From Mycolicibacterium smegmatis (GTDB taxonomy: Bacteria; Actinomycetota; Actinomycetes; Mycobacteriales; Mycobacteriaceae), in assembly GCF_001457595.1 (NCBI RefSeq), contig NZ_LN831039.1:390001-422000 (forward strand): a stretch of 32,000 nucleotides of DNA, in the 5' to 3' direction. This document shows positions 16,790 to 25,941 of the stretch, piece after piece. Position 1 is the first letter of the stretch. The number at the start of each line of letters is the position of its first letter. Made by a program: the position numbers and the translations under genes. Below the pieces are notes generated by a model. That model did not search any database. It had not been told where the DNA came from and saw only the letters and a list, made by a program, of their open reading frames with translations.

Positions 16790-19775
16790 ATGAGCACTGA
16801 GCTGAACACCGAGCAACGGGATCGCCCGTTCGTCGCGCGGGTGGTACGGGCGCTGGCGCCCTTCATCGTTCTGGGATGGCTGATCCTCATCCTCGTGACG
16901 ACACTCGCTGCCGTGGGCGGTGATTGGGCTTCTGCCATCCCAGCGCTCGAAAAGGTGGGCGAGAAGAACTCGGTCTCCCTGATGCCGCAGGACGCCCCGT
17001 CCGCACAAGCGATCAAGCGCATGGGGCAGAAGTTCGAGGAGTCCGACTCCGACAGCTTCGCGATGATCGTGCTGGAGGGCACCGAACCGCTCGGCGAGGA
17101 TGCCCACAACTACTACGCCGACCTGGTCCGTGACCTGCGCGCCGACACGCGTCACATCGAGCACGTCCAGGATCTCTGGGGCGATCGTCTCACTGCGTCG
17201 AGCGCACAGAGCGCCGACGGCAAGGCCTCCTATGTCCAGCTGAATCTGGCAGGCGATCAAGGAACCCCACTGGGTGACGAGTCGGTCGCGGCGGTCCGAG
17301 ATCTCGTCAACCGGAGCAACCCGCCCGAGGGCGTCTCGGTCTACGTCACCGGTGCGACACCGCTGGTTTCCGACCTGCAGCACAGCGGTAACCGCTCGAT
17401 CTTGAAGATCACCGCGGTGACGGTCGTGGTCATCTTCACGATGCTTCTTCTCGTCTATCGATCGGTGATCACGGTTATTTTGCTGTTGATCATGGTGGGG
17501 TTCGAGGTGGCGGCCGCCCGCGGCATCGTGGCCTTCCTCGGTGCCAACGACGTGTTCGTCCTGTCGACATTCGCCGTCAACATGCTGGTGTTCCTCGCGA
17601 TCGCAGCGGGCACGGATTACGGCATCTTTTTCTTCGGCCGCTACCAGGAGGCACGCCAACTCGGCGAGGACCGAGAAACGGCCTACTACAGCATGTATCG
17701 GGGCGTCGCCCCGGTTGTGATGGCATCCGGGCTGACCATCGCGGGTGCGATTTTCTGCCTGACCTTCACGCGGCTTCCTTACTTCCATACAATGGGCGTC
17801 CCGTGCGCCATCGGCATGGCTGTCGCTGTGGCCGCTGCTGTCACGCTCGTGCCAGCAGGTGTCGCCATGGCCAGCAGGTTCGGCTTGCTGGATCCCAAGC
17901 GCAAGATGCGGGTGCGGCGCTGGCGGGGAATCGGTACCGCTATCGTGCGGTGGCCTGCGCCCATCCTGGTCGCGTCGCTGGCCGTCGCACTCGTGGGTCT
18001 GCTGGCGCTGCCCGGCTACCAGACGAGTTACAACGACCGTGACTACATCCCCCCCGGACATCCCGGCGAACGCGGGTTTCGCCGCGGCCGACCGGCACTT
18101 CTCGCAATCACGGATGACGCCCGACATCGTCATGGTCGAAGCGGACCACGACCTGCGGAACCCGGCAGACTTCCTCGTTCTCAACAAAGTTGCCAAGGCG
18201 ATCTTCAAGGTGCGCGGCGTATCTCGTGTCCAGGGCATTACGCGGCCAGAGGGCACGCCGATCGAACGAACGTCGATCCCGTTTCTGCTGAGCCTGCAGA
18301 GCGCCGGACAGGTGCAGGCCACCAACTTCCAGAAACAGCGCATCGACGACATGCTCAAACAGGCCGACGACATGGCGACGATGATCGCTGTGATGAAGCG
18401 GTCCTACGGCGTGATGCTGGAACTCGCCGCGACCACCCATTCGATGGTCGAGAGCACGAAAGAACTACAGAACGTCGCCAAGGATCTGCGCGGCTACCTC
18501 GCGGTCTTCGACGACTTCCTACGTCCGATCCGCAACTACTTCTACTGGGAAGACCACTGCTACAACATCCCCATATGTTGGTCGCTGCGTTCGATTTTCG
18601 ACGCGATGGACAAGGTCGATCACCTCAATGACCAGATCGACATCCTCGTCGAGAACATGGAAGATCTGGACGCCCTGCTGCCCCAGTTGATCGCGCAATT
18701 CCCCGAGATGATCGCCGTCATGGAGAACATGCGGACGATGACTCTCACCACGCACAGCACGTTCTCCGGGATGCTCAAGCAGTTGGACGAACAGACCGAG
18801 GACGTCACCGCGATGGGGCAGGCGTTCGACGCCGCCAAGAATGACGACTCATTCTTCCTGCCACCAGAGGTTTTCGACAACCCGGATTTCAAACGGGCGA
18901 TGACCTCATTCCTGTCGCCCGACGGAAAGGCCGCGCGGTTCATCATCTCCCACAACGGGGATCCGGCCAGCCCGGAGGGAATCGCCAGAGTCGGCCAGAT
19001 CCAGACAGCAGCAGAGGAGGCGCTCAAGGGCACTCCGTTGTCAGGGGCGCAGGTCTATCTGGCCGGTACCGCTCCTACCGCCAAGGACTGGCAGACGGGC
19101 TCCACCTACGACCTGTTGATCGCGGGTATCGCAGCCATCTGCCTGATCTTCATCATCATGCTGATCGTCACCCGCAGCTTCATCGCGGCACTGGTGATCG
19201 TGGGTACTGTCGTGCTCTCGCTGGGCGCATCGTTCGGTGTGTCGGTGCTGCTGTGGCAGTACATTCTGGGCATCCATCTGCACTGGATGGTGCTCGCGAT
19301 GTCGGTCATCATCTTGTTGGCGGTGGGGTCCGACTACAACCTGCTACTGGTCTCCCGCATGAAGGAGGAGATCGGCGCAGGCTTGAACACCGGGATCATC
19401 CGGGCGATGGGTGGCACCGGCAAGGTCGTCACCACGGCCGGCGTGGTGTTCGCGGCGACGATGGCCGCGATGGTGGTCAGCGATCTGCGGATCATCGGTC
19501 AGATCGGCACCACCATCGGCCTCGGCCTGTTGTTCGACACCATGATCGTGCGGTCGTTCATGACACCATCGATCGCGGCGCTGCTCGGGCGTTGGTTCTG
19601 GTGGCCGCAGAGGGTGCGGCCACGTCCCGCGAGTACGCTCCTGCGCCCGTACGGGCCGCGACCGCTGGTGCGCGCACTGCTCGAAGGCCCACCGCCCGGT
19701 GACGAGACCCCCGGTGACCAAGGGGGTCGACCCTCCGACGACGACACACCGATCGGTCCGCTGCGGACCCGGTGA
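16790..19775 (+). pseudogene. mmpL4b: MmpL4b transporter gene interrupted by a +1 frameshift in a C7 tract (18049-18055)
   Basis: ORF 16790-18631 is MmpL-like only up to ..[16 protein letters not shown] and is nonsense afterwards. ORF 17859-19775 becomes MmpL-like exactly from ..[17 protein letters not shown]. The paralog mmpL4a reads [12 protein letters not shown] across this point. Removing one C restores a single ORF of about 994 aa. Confidence 0.85.
19138..19165 (+). repeat. 28-nt stretch identical between mmpL4a and mmpL4b (copy 2)
   Basis: Same 28-mer as 16223-16250. Confidence 0.9.
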
Positions 19776-19779
19776 TGCG

Positions 19780-19825
19780 GAACGGGCCGCAGCGCACTGA
19801 TTGTTCGGCGCGCCGCGACCCGTTC
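19780..19825. terminator. Extended stem-loop between convergent mmpL4b and the TB8.4-like gene (candidate bidirectional terminator)
   Basis: GAACGGGCCGC pairs with GCGACCCGTTC (10 of 11 bp, one C-A mismatch). An inner GCGC/GCGC stem lies within the loop. The structure sits in the 66-bp gap between the two stop codons. Confidence 0.4.
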
Positions 19826-19841
19826 TGCTGCTCTGAAGTCC

Positions 19842-20180
19842 TCAGTACTTGACGCAGCTGGTCAGCATCTGCTGGAACACCGGTAGCGCCACATTGGCGC
19901 CGGGATTGTTCTTGATCTGGTTCAGCAGGTTCACACGCTGGTCGCGGGGTGAAGCCAAGAACACCCTGATGAACTCGATGTTCGCCGGGTACTTGTCGAG
20001 ATACTGAGCGGCCATGGGGTTTTCCGTGCGCACAGCGGTCATCGCCTGGTCGAAGTTGCAAGGCGAGTCGATCAGCGGTGTGACATCCGGTTCAGCTGAC
20101 GCAACTCCGGCCGCTGCGCCCAGCGACAGTGCCGCAGCACCCACGGCGACGCCAAGCCTCGTAAGCGATTTCTTGATCAT
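19842..20180 (-). CDS. Secreted hemophore-related protein, TB8.4 (Rv1174c)/Rv0203 family
   Basis: The start at MIKKSLTRLGVAVGAAALSLGAAAGVASA (signal peptide) is preceded by AAGGAGG. The mature part CNFDQAMTAV..YL..FLASPRDQR..SCVKY parallels TB8.4 (CNYGQVVAAL..YLRNFLAAPPPQR..SCNNY), with both Cys conserved. Confidence 0.8.
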   Translation of the reverse strand: MIKKSLTRLGVAVGAAALSLGAAAGVASAEPDVTPLIDSPCNFDQAMTAVRTENPMAAQYLDKYPANIEFIRVFLASPRDQRVNLLNQIKNNPGANVALPVFQQMLTSCVKY

Positions 20181-20364
20181 GTTGTCCCCTCCTTGAAAAA
20201 ACGATCCATCGAACCCAAGACGTTCAACCAGAAAACGAGGCCTGGCGTTCCACCGACGTGCATCAACTACCACTGACACGTCGGCCTCAAACCTCGCGGG
20301 CTACTACCCATATCTGTGGGCGCATGCCCGGTGTTACAGCAGTATGCCCCTTTCTGTGGGCGGG

Positions 20365-21231
20365 CTACTCTCGATCCAGAAGTTGCAGCAGGTAGTGGCC
20401 GTAGCCGGACTTGAGCAACTCCTTGGCGCGAGTTGCGAGTTGCTCGTCGTCGATGAAACCCGCGCGCCAGGCGATCTCCTCGGGGGCGCCGATCTTCAAT
20501 CCTTGGCGACGCTCGATGGTGCGGACGAAATCACTCGCATCCAACAGAGAGTCGAAGGTGCCGGTATCCAGCCACGCGGTGCCACGCGCGAGCACCTCGA
20601 CCGACAACTCGCCGCGGTCGAGATAGGTCTGGTTTACCTCGGTGATCTCGTACTCCCCACGCGCAGACTTGCTCAGCGACCGCGCTATTTCGATGACGTT
20701 GTTGTCGTAGAAGTACAGTCCCGGCACGGCATAATGGGATTTCGGTGACTTCGGCTTCTCCTCCAACGAAAGAGCAGTGCCGTCAGGACCGAACTCCACC
20801 ACACCGTACGCGGACGGGTTCGCGACCCAATACGCGAAAATGGCTCCGCCGGTGACATTTTGGAATCGCTTCAGGCTCGTTCCAAGGCCGGGGCCGTAGA
20901 AGATGTTGTCGCCGAGCGCAAGTGCGACCGTATCGGTGCCGATGTGGTCCGCGCCGATGACGAAGGCCTGCGCGAGGCCCTCGGGTTCGGCCTGTACGGC
21001 GTACGTAAGGCTGACACCGAACGCGGAACCATCGCCGAGTAGGCGCTGAAACGCCGATGCGTCAGCCGGTGTCGTGATGACGAGGATGTCCCGTATCCCC
21101 GCCATAATCAGCGTGGACAGGGGATAGTAGATCAGAGGTTTGTCGTAGACCGGCAGCAGCTGCTTGCTGACCCCCATGGTGATCGGATGCAGCCGGGTGC
21201 CGGAACCGCCGGCCAGTATTATCCCGCGCAT
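20365..21231 (-). CDS. rmlA: Glucose-1-phosphate thymidylyltransferase
   Basis: [55 protein letters not shown] is the canonical RmlA N-terminus. Length is 288 aa. Confidence 0.95.
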   Translation of the reverse strand: MRGIILAGGSGTRLHPITMGVSKQLLPVYDKPLIYYPLSTLIMAGIRDILVITTPADASAFQRLLGDGSAFGVSLTYAVQAEPEGLAQAFVIGADHIGTDTVALALGDNIFYGPGLGTSLKRFQNVTGGAIFAYWVANPSAYGVVEFGPDGTALSLEEKPKSPKSHYAVPGLYFYDNNVIEIARSLSKSARGEYEITEVNQTYLDRGELSVEVLARGTAWLDTGTFDSLLDASDFVRTIERRQGLKIGAPEEIAWRAGFIDDEQLATRAKELLKSGYGHYLLQLLDRE

Positions 21232-21365
21232 ACGTCGTTCCTACCCGACAAAAACTGCGGAGTCGATGAATTCGGCCTCGACGTCGGTGTTGCCGTGAGA
21301 ATGAATCACGTAGCCACTGTATGGCACACGGCGGCGATCGGTCAGACGGTGTGAGGCGAAGGGCC

Positions 21366-22331
21366 TCAGGCCCAGGTGCCTCTTCGGCGATGTGCCATCG
21401 CCACGACCTCCAGGATCGGCCGGACGACAGCCGGTTTGACGAGTTTGTTGAGCAGGCCGTCTTGAAAGTGACGATTGCCTTCGTTCATCACGCGGAAATC
21501 GTGCTCTGCAACGCGGAACTGCTCGTACACGCGATCCAGGGTGTCGGTGTCGATGGGCTCATCTCGCCCCGCTGCCCGCAGAACCGCGTAGACCGTCGAC
21601 AACCAGTCGGTACCGAACCGGTCGATAACCGGTTTCTCGCTGCGTTGCCGTCGGAGGCTGGGCGCGAGGAAATCGTCGACTGCCTGTTCGTCGGGCGGGG
21701 TGAGGTCCACGTTCAACGCGGTGGACACGCGTTTCACCTCGCGGCGCCAGTCATCGATCATGTTCGGGTAGTCGACGACGACCCGGGGCACGTCACGGGT
21801 GTGCCGCTCTGACAGAAGGTTTCCCTTGAGCCATAGTCCCGCCGTCAATTCCGGCGGGGCCTTTGCCGCCGCGGCGAGCGAACTCGCTACCTCCCCGGGA
21901 TGGCGCACAGGGATGACGACCGCGATGTCATATCCCGCCGCGCGGGCGGCCTCGAACCACATGTCGTAGAGAACAACGATCTGGAGGTCCTTGACGACGA
22001 CGACGTCGGATTTCGGCAACTTGGCAATGAATGGTTCGATCTTGGCCATACAGGCCGCCCGCTCCTTGCCGACGTACTGTTCTTCCTCGGTGAGGCGGAG
22101 CGTCGGATCCCACCAGGCGCTCCCGTGGCGGTCGAGTATCGAGCGATTGAGCAGGAGGGATTCCCGCGGTTCCCAGTAGCCGCGTGGATTCGATTTGTCC
22201 GCGCCCATCATCTTGGTGGGTAGCGCGGCCCCGCACAACGACAGAACGCGGGTGAGCGCGGACGATCCGGACCGGCCCATGCCGAGGACGAAGAGGATCA
22301 CTGGACGCGTTCGCGTGCCGTTGCCGGTCAT
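21366..22331 (-). CDS. Sulfotransferase-family protein (PAPS-dependent)
   Basis: The 321-aa product starts at MTGNGTRTRPVILFVLGMGRSGSSALTRVL, a 5'-PSB P-loop-like GxGRSGSS. This is followed by NPRGYWEP and a VIPVRHPGEVASSL segment (3'-PB-like). The N-terminal extension in the ORF track (to 22544) is rejected. Confidence 0.7.
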   Translation of the reverse strand: MTGNGTRTRPVILFVLGMGRSGSSALTRVLSLCGAALPTKMMGADKSNPRGYWEPRESLLLNRSILDRHGSAWWDPTLRLTEEEQYVGKERAACMAKIEPFIAKLPKSDVVVVKDLQIVVLYDMWFEAARAAGYDIAVVIPVRHPGEVASSLAAAAKAPPELTAGLWLKGNLLSERHTRDVPRVVVDYPNMIDDWRREVKRVSTALNVDLTPPDEQAVDDFLAPSLRRQRSEKPVIDRFGTDWLSTVYAVLRAAGRDEPIDTDTLDRVYEQFRVAEHDFRVMNEGNRHFQDGLLNKLVKPAVVRPILEVVAMAHRRRGTWA

Positions 22332-22643
22332 GAGCGGCTTCCCCCGAACGTTGTGGAAGACCCAGCTGGCGCAGCTGCATGACAACTCGTGTGGGTTGTT
22401 CTGATCATGATTCCCCCGGGTCGTAGAGATACTTTGCGGGGCAGTGCGCCGTCGCCGCTGCCGCTCAGACGGTCCAACATTAGGCCAGGTCTTTTGATGC
22501 CACAGAGCCTTTCGGAAATCAACGGCCATGGGGAACGCGGCCACGACCGCGTGTTCATTGCCGTTTCAAACGGTCCCGCGTACCGCACTGTTGTACAGCG
22601 GAACAAACGGCATACGAAAATTCGAGGCTGTAGCGTGTCGGCC

Positions 22644-23435
22644 ATGTGGAGCTCAGTGATGGGCCTGGCACTCATGGGGACGCTCAATCCGGTGCGTCTC
22701 GGTGTGCTGCTGCTGCTGATCTCCCGGGAAAAGCCCGCCCAGAACCTGGTCGCGTTCTGGATCGGCTGCCTGACGGTGAGCCTGTTCCTCATTGTCGGGC
22801 CCCTCGTGCTCCTCCATTTCACGCCGTTGTTCGATTCCTTCTCCGACCGTCTGGCGGCCCCGTCGGACAAGTCGCGGTTCGCACATCTACAGGTCGGTAT
22901 CGGACTGTTCGCGTTGTTCATCGCCGCGGCGATCCTGGCGCGCGCCCGTTTACGCCGACGCGCGGCTGTCCGGCAGCCGGAGGAGCGTATGGCGCCTGCC
23001 TCCGGCCATGGGCCCGGTGCGATGGTGGCGTCGGGCGCTTTCGGCGACACCGAGCGATCCGGCGTGTTGAAGGGGTCGTCACACCGCCTGGTGACGAGGG
23101 CACGGGACGCCTGGAACAGCGGGACCCTGTGGGTGGCTTTCGTGGTGGGCCTCGCGATGGGGCCGGCGCCGGAGATCGTCCTCATCGTGTTGGCCGTCAT
23201 CGTGACATCGGGTGCGGCCGCATCGGTTCAGCTCGGTGCGGCAGTCGTCTACATTGCCGGCGTGCTGGCGGTCGTCGAGATCGTCTTGATCAGCTACGTG
23301 CTGGCGCCCGCGCGCACCGAACCGGTGCTGCGCAAGCTACGCGAGTGGGCGCTGGTGCACCGCCTGCACGTCCTGGTTGTCATCTTCACGGTGGTGGGTC
23401 TGTCGAGTCTGATCCGGGGGTTGAGCGTCATCTGA
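22644..23435 (+). CDS. GAP/Sap-family integral membrane protein (glycolipid-addressing protein-like)
   Basis: MWSSVMGLALMGTLNPVRLGVLLLLISREKPAQNLVAFWIGCL.. is followed by two TM bundles separated by a charged loop, the architecture of the mycobacterial Gap (GPL) and Sap (sulfolipid-1) addressing proteins. Alternative starts are GTG 22635 and ATG 22659. Confidence 0.6.
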   Translation: MWSSVMGLALMGTLNPVRLGVLLLLISREKPAQNLVAFWIGCLTVSLFLIVGPLVLLHFTPLFDSFSDRLAAPSDKSRFAHLQVGIGLFALFIAAAILARARLRRRAAVRQPEERMAPASGHGPGAMVASGAFGDTERSGVLKGSSHRLVTRARDAWNSGTLWVAFVVGLAMGPAPEIVLIVLAVIVTSGAAASVQLGAAVVYIAGVLAVVEIVLISYVLAPARTEPVLRKLREWALVHRLHVLVVIFTVVGLSSLIRGLSVI

Positions 23436-23739
23436 GCGATCGCGAAGCAACTGGCCGAGGGCAATTTTGTCGTGCCGGGGAGGAACGGGGGCGGCGATCT
23501 GTGGATTCGCATCAGATATTTGCCATAAGGGCGTTTTACTGCGATCGAACCATTTGGCTTTGGAGATTGACGCAGTAGTCGAATTAGCCTTGTTTGCAGG
23601 ATCTGTGCGAAAACTCGACAACGACTGCCCCTAACAGTGTTCGGGCGGGTGCGCTGTGTGCTACCGAATTGCACTAACGCCCCCATACCCGGGTTAGGCT
23701 CATCTCCGATGTACCGCCACAGGAGATAGGGGCAGTTTT

Positions 23740-24546
23740 TTGACTGTGACTCACCGCGACAGCCGATCCGCGTATCTCGACCTGCTCCGGCGGGACCTGA
23801 CCCGCTACGGGAGCGACGAGTTGGTCCCCGTGGGGTGGGGTTTGCTGCACCGTCCGCTGTTCAAGCTCGGCAACCTCATGCTCGTACGGAAGCGTGCCTT
23901 CGATTCACGCAAGCGCGACCTGGGCTTGGACTGGCCTGCCGACGCTCTGACGATGATCGGGATGAAGCGGCTCACGAGCCTGCAGGAATGCGTCGAAACC
24001 GTGCTCGCCGAGGACGTCCCCGGCGACCTGGTCGAGTGTGGGGTGTGGCGAGGCGGGGCGTCCATCCTCATGCGCGCGGTGTTGTCCGCGTACGGTGACG
24101 AGACCCGTCGGGTGTGGCTCGCGGATTCCTTCCAGGGTGTGCCCCCGCCGGACGCCGAGAAGTACGCGGCGGACAAGGGCGACCGGCTGCATCGTGCGGC
24201 GCCGATTCTCGCGGTCTCCGAAGCGGACGTCAGGGCCAACTTCGAGCGTTACGGTCTGCTGGACGACCAGGTCCGTTTCCTGCCGGGTTGGTTCAAGGAC
24301 ACTCTGAATGACGCCCCGATCGAACAGATTGCGGTGCTCCGGCTCGATGGTGATCTCTACGAGTCCACGATCCAGGCTCTTGACGGTCTTTACCGCCGCC
24401 TGTCGCCGAGGGGTTTCTGCATCATCGACGACTACCACGCCATCGACGGATGCAAGAAGGCGGTGACGGACTTCCGTGCGGCACACGGGATCTCCGCAGA
24501 CATCGTCGAGATAGACGGGACGGGCGTGCTCTGGCGCAAGGAGTGA
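23740..24546 (+). CDS. TylF/macrocin-type SAM-dependent sugar O-methyltransferase (GPL rhamnosyl O-methyltransferase-like)
   Basis: DWPADALTMIGMKRL..LVECGVWRGGASILMR..VWLADSFQGVP..LRLDGDLYESTIQALDGLYRRLSPRGFCIIDDY are TylF-family hallmarks. The TTG start has AGGAGA 13 nt upstream. Confidence 0.8.
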   Translation: MTVTHRDSRSAYLDLLRRDLTRYGSDELVPVGWGLLHRPLFKLGNLMLVRKRAFDSRKRDLGLDWPADALTMIGMKRLTSLQECVETVLAEDVPGDLVECGVWRGGASILMRAVLSAYGDETRRVWLADSFQGVPPPDAEKYAADKGDRLHRAAPILAVSEADVRANFERYGLLDDQVRFLPGWFKDTLNDAPIEQIAVLRLDGDLYESTIQALDGLYRRLSPRGFCIIDDYHAIDGCKKAVTDFRAAHGISADIVEIDGTGVLWRKE

Positions 24547-24613
24547 GCGCCGAGCCCACCGCGGCAGGCGGCCGGCGGCGCACCCGGATCCTTCTGAAAG
24601 GCTTTGACTCCAG

Positions 24614-25882
24614 ATGAAATTCGTGATGGCCACCTACGGGACCAGAGGTGATATCGAGCCATCTCTGGTCGTAGGCCGCGAGCTGTTGCGCCGCGGGCAT
24701 GACGTGCGAATGGCTGTCGCACCCGACTCTGTGGATTTCGTCGAGGCTGCAGGTGTCCCGGCCGTGCCATTCGGCTTGGACACCCGCACCTGGCTGAACG
24801 TCTATCGCAACTTCTGGAATTCGGTCTTCAAGGAATTCTGGAAGATCAACGAACTGCGGGCGCTGTGGAAAGAGCTGTGGGAGCGCAGCGACGAGAGTTG
24901 GGCGCAGATGAGCGCCACGCTGACCGAGGTGGCGGCCGACGCCGATGTGCTCTTCGCGGGACAGGCCTACCAGGAGACGGCCGCCAACGTCGCTGAACAC
25001 TTCGACATTCCTCTGGTCACGCTTCATCATGTGCCGGTACGGCCGAACGGACGACTGGTGCCGATCTTGCCTCCTCTGCTCGGGCGTACGGCGATGAAAG
25101 GCTTCGATTGGTTCACCTGGTTGCTGAACAAGAAGGTCGAGGACGCGCAGCGGAGGGAACTCGGCTTGCCGAAGGCGCGGATCCCGTCGACCCAGCGGAT
25201 CGGCAACCGTGAGTCGCTGGAGATCCAGGCCTACGACGAGGTGTGTTTCCCGGGCCTGGCCGCCGAATGGGCGAAATGGGGGGAGTTACGCCCCTTCGTC
25301 GGCGCCCTGACGATGGAGCTGTCGACGGAGGTCGACGGCGAGGTCTCGGACTGGATCGCGGCCGGGACGCCCCCGATCTGTTTCGGTTTCGGCAGCATGC
25401 CGGTGGAGTCGCCGAGGGACACCGTGGAGATGATCAGTACGGCGAGTGCGTTGTTGGGCGAGCGCGCCCTGATCTGTGCTGGCTACAGCGATTTCAGCGG
25501 GGTCCCGACTTACGACCATGTGAAAGTCGTGGGCGCGGTGAACTATGCGGCCATCTTCCCGTCGTGTCGTGCGGTGGTGCACCATGGCGGGTCCGGAACC
25601 ACGGCGGCGAGCATGCGTGCGGGCGTCCCGACATTGATCCTCTCCATGGATGCAAACCAGACATTGTGGGGTTCGCAGGTCAAGAAGCTCAAAGTTGGTA
25701 CGACCCGTAGATTCTCCGCGACGACCAAGGATACGTTGATCACCGATCTGCGACGTGTCCTCGATCCGGCGTGCGCCGAGCGTGCGAAAACTCTCGCCCT
25801 GCAGATGACCAAGCCGGCCGACGGTGTTCGGCGCGCGGCGGATCTGGTCGAGAATTTCGCGCGAGTGAGAAGTGCTGCCTGA
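24614..25882 (+). CDS. GT1-family glycosyltransferase (GPL Gtf-type, MGT/UDP-glycosyltransferase fold)
   Basis: N-terminus MKFVMATYGTRGDIEPSLVVGRELLRRGHDV and the C-terminal donor-binding motif VVHHGGSGTTAASMRAGVPTLILSMDANQTLWG. The 422-aa length matches the mycobacterial Gtf1-3 class. Which gtf it is cannot be decided by eye. Confidence 0.85.
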   Translation: MKFVMATYGTRGDIEPSLVVGRELLRRGHDVRMAVAPDSVDFVEAAGVPAVPFGLDTRTWLNVYRNFWNSVFKEFWKINELRALWKELWERSDESWAQMSATLTEVAADADVLFAGQAYQETAANVAEHFDIPLVTLHHVPVRPNGRLVPILPPLLGRTAMKGFDWFTWLLNKKVEDAQRRELGLPKARIPSTQRIGNRESLEIQAYDEVCFPGLAAEWAKWGELRPFVGALTMELSTEVDGEVSDWIAAGTPPICFGFGSMPVESPRDTVEMISTASALLGERALICAGYSDFSGVPTYDHVKVVGAVNYAAIFPSCRAVVHHGGSGTTAASMRAGVPTLILSMDANQTLWGSQVKKLKVGTTRRFSATTKDTLITDLRRVLDPACAERAKTLALQMTKPADGVRRAADLVENFARVRSAA

Positions 25883-25941
25883 TCGGCCCGCCGATGTCGT
25901 CGCGGCCTTTCAGAATGTGGAATCCTGAGCGGAAAAGGTAG

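Noticed and set aside
18041-18060. Programmed ribosomal frameshift in mmpL4b
   Set aside because: A +1 shift would be required. The site is a plain C7 run without a recognisable slippery-heptamer-plus-stimulator arrangement. A mutation, phase-variable slippage or sequencing error is more parsimonious.
13966-18373. Two very long minus-strand ORFs (13966-15840 and 16643-18373), antisense to mmpL4a and mmpL4b
   Set aside because: Their translations are dominated by Arg/Asp/His/Gln runs and have no membrane or domain signature. The plus strand encodes full MmpL architecture.
22332-22643. N-terminal extensions of the sulfotransferase (to 22544) and the GAP-like protein (from 22389) in the ORF track, which would overlap each other
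   Set aside because: The extensions are non-homologous, Arg/Pro-rich and mutually overlapping on opposite strands. Internal starts at 22331 and about 22644 give family-typical N-termini. The same logic was applied to 8205-8291, 9942-10022, 12351-12488 and 26987-27040.
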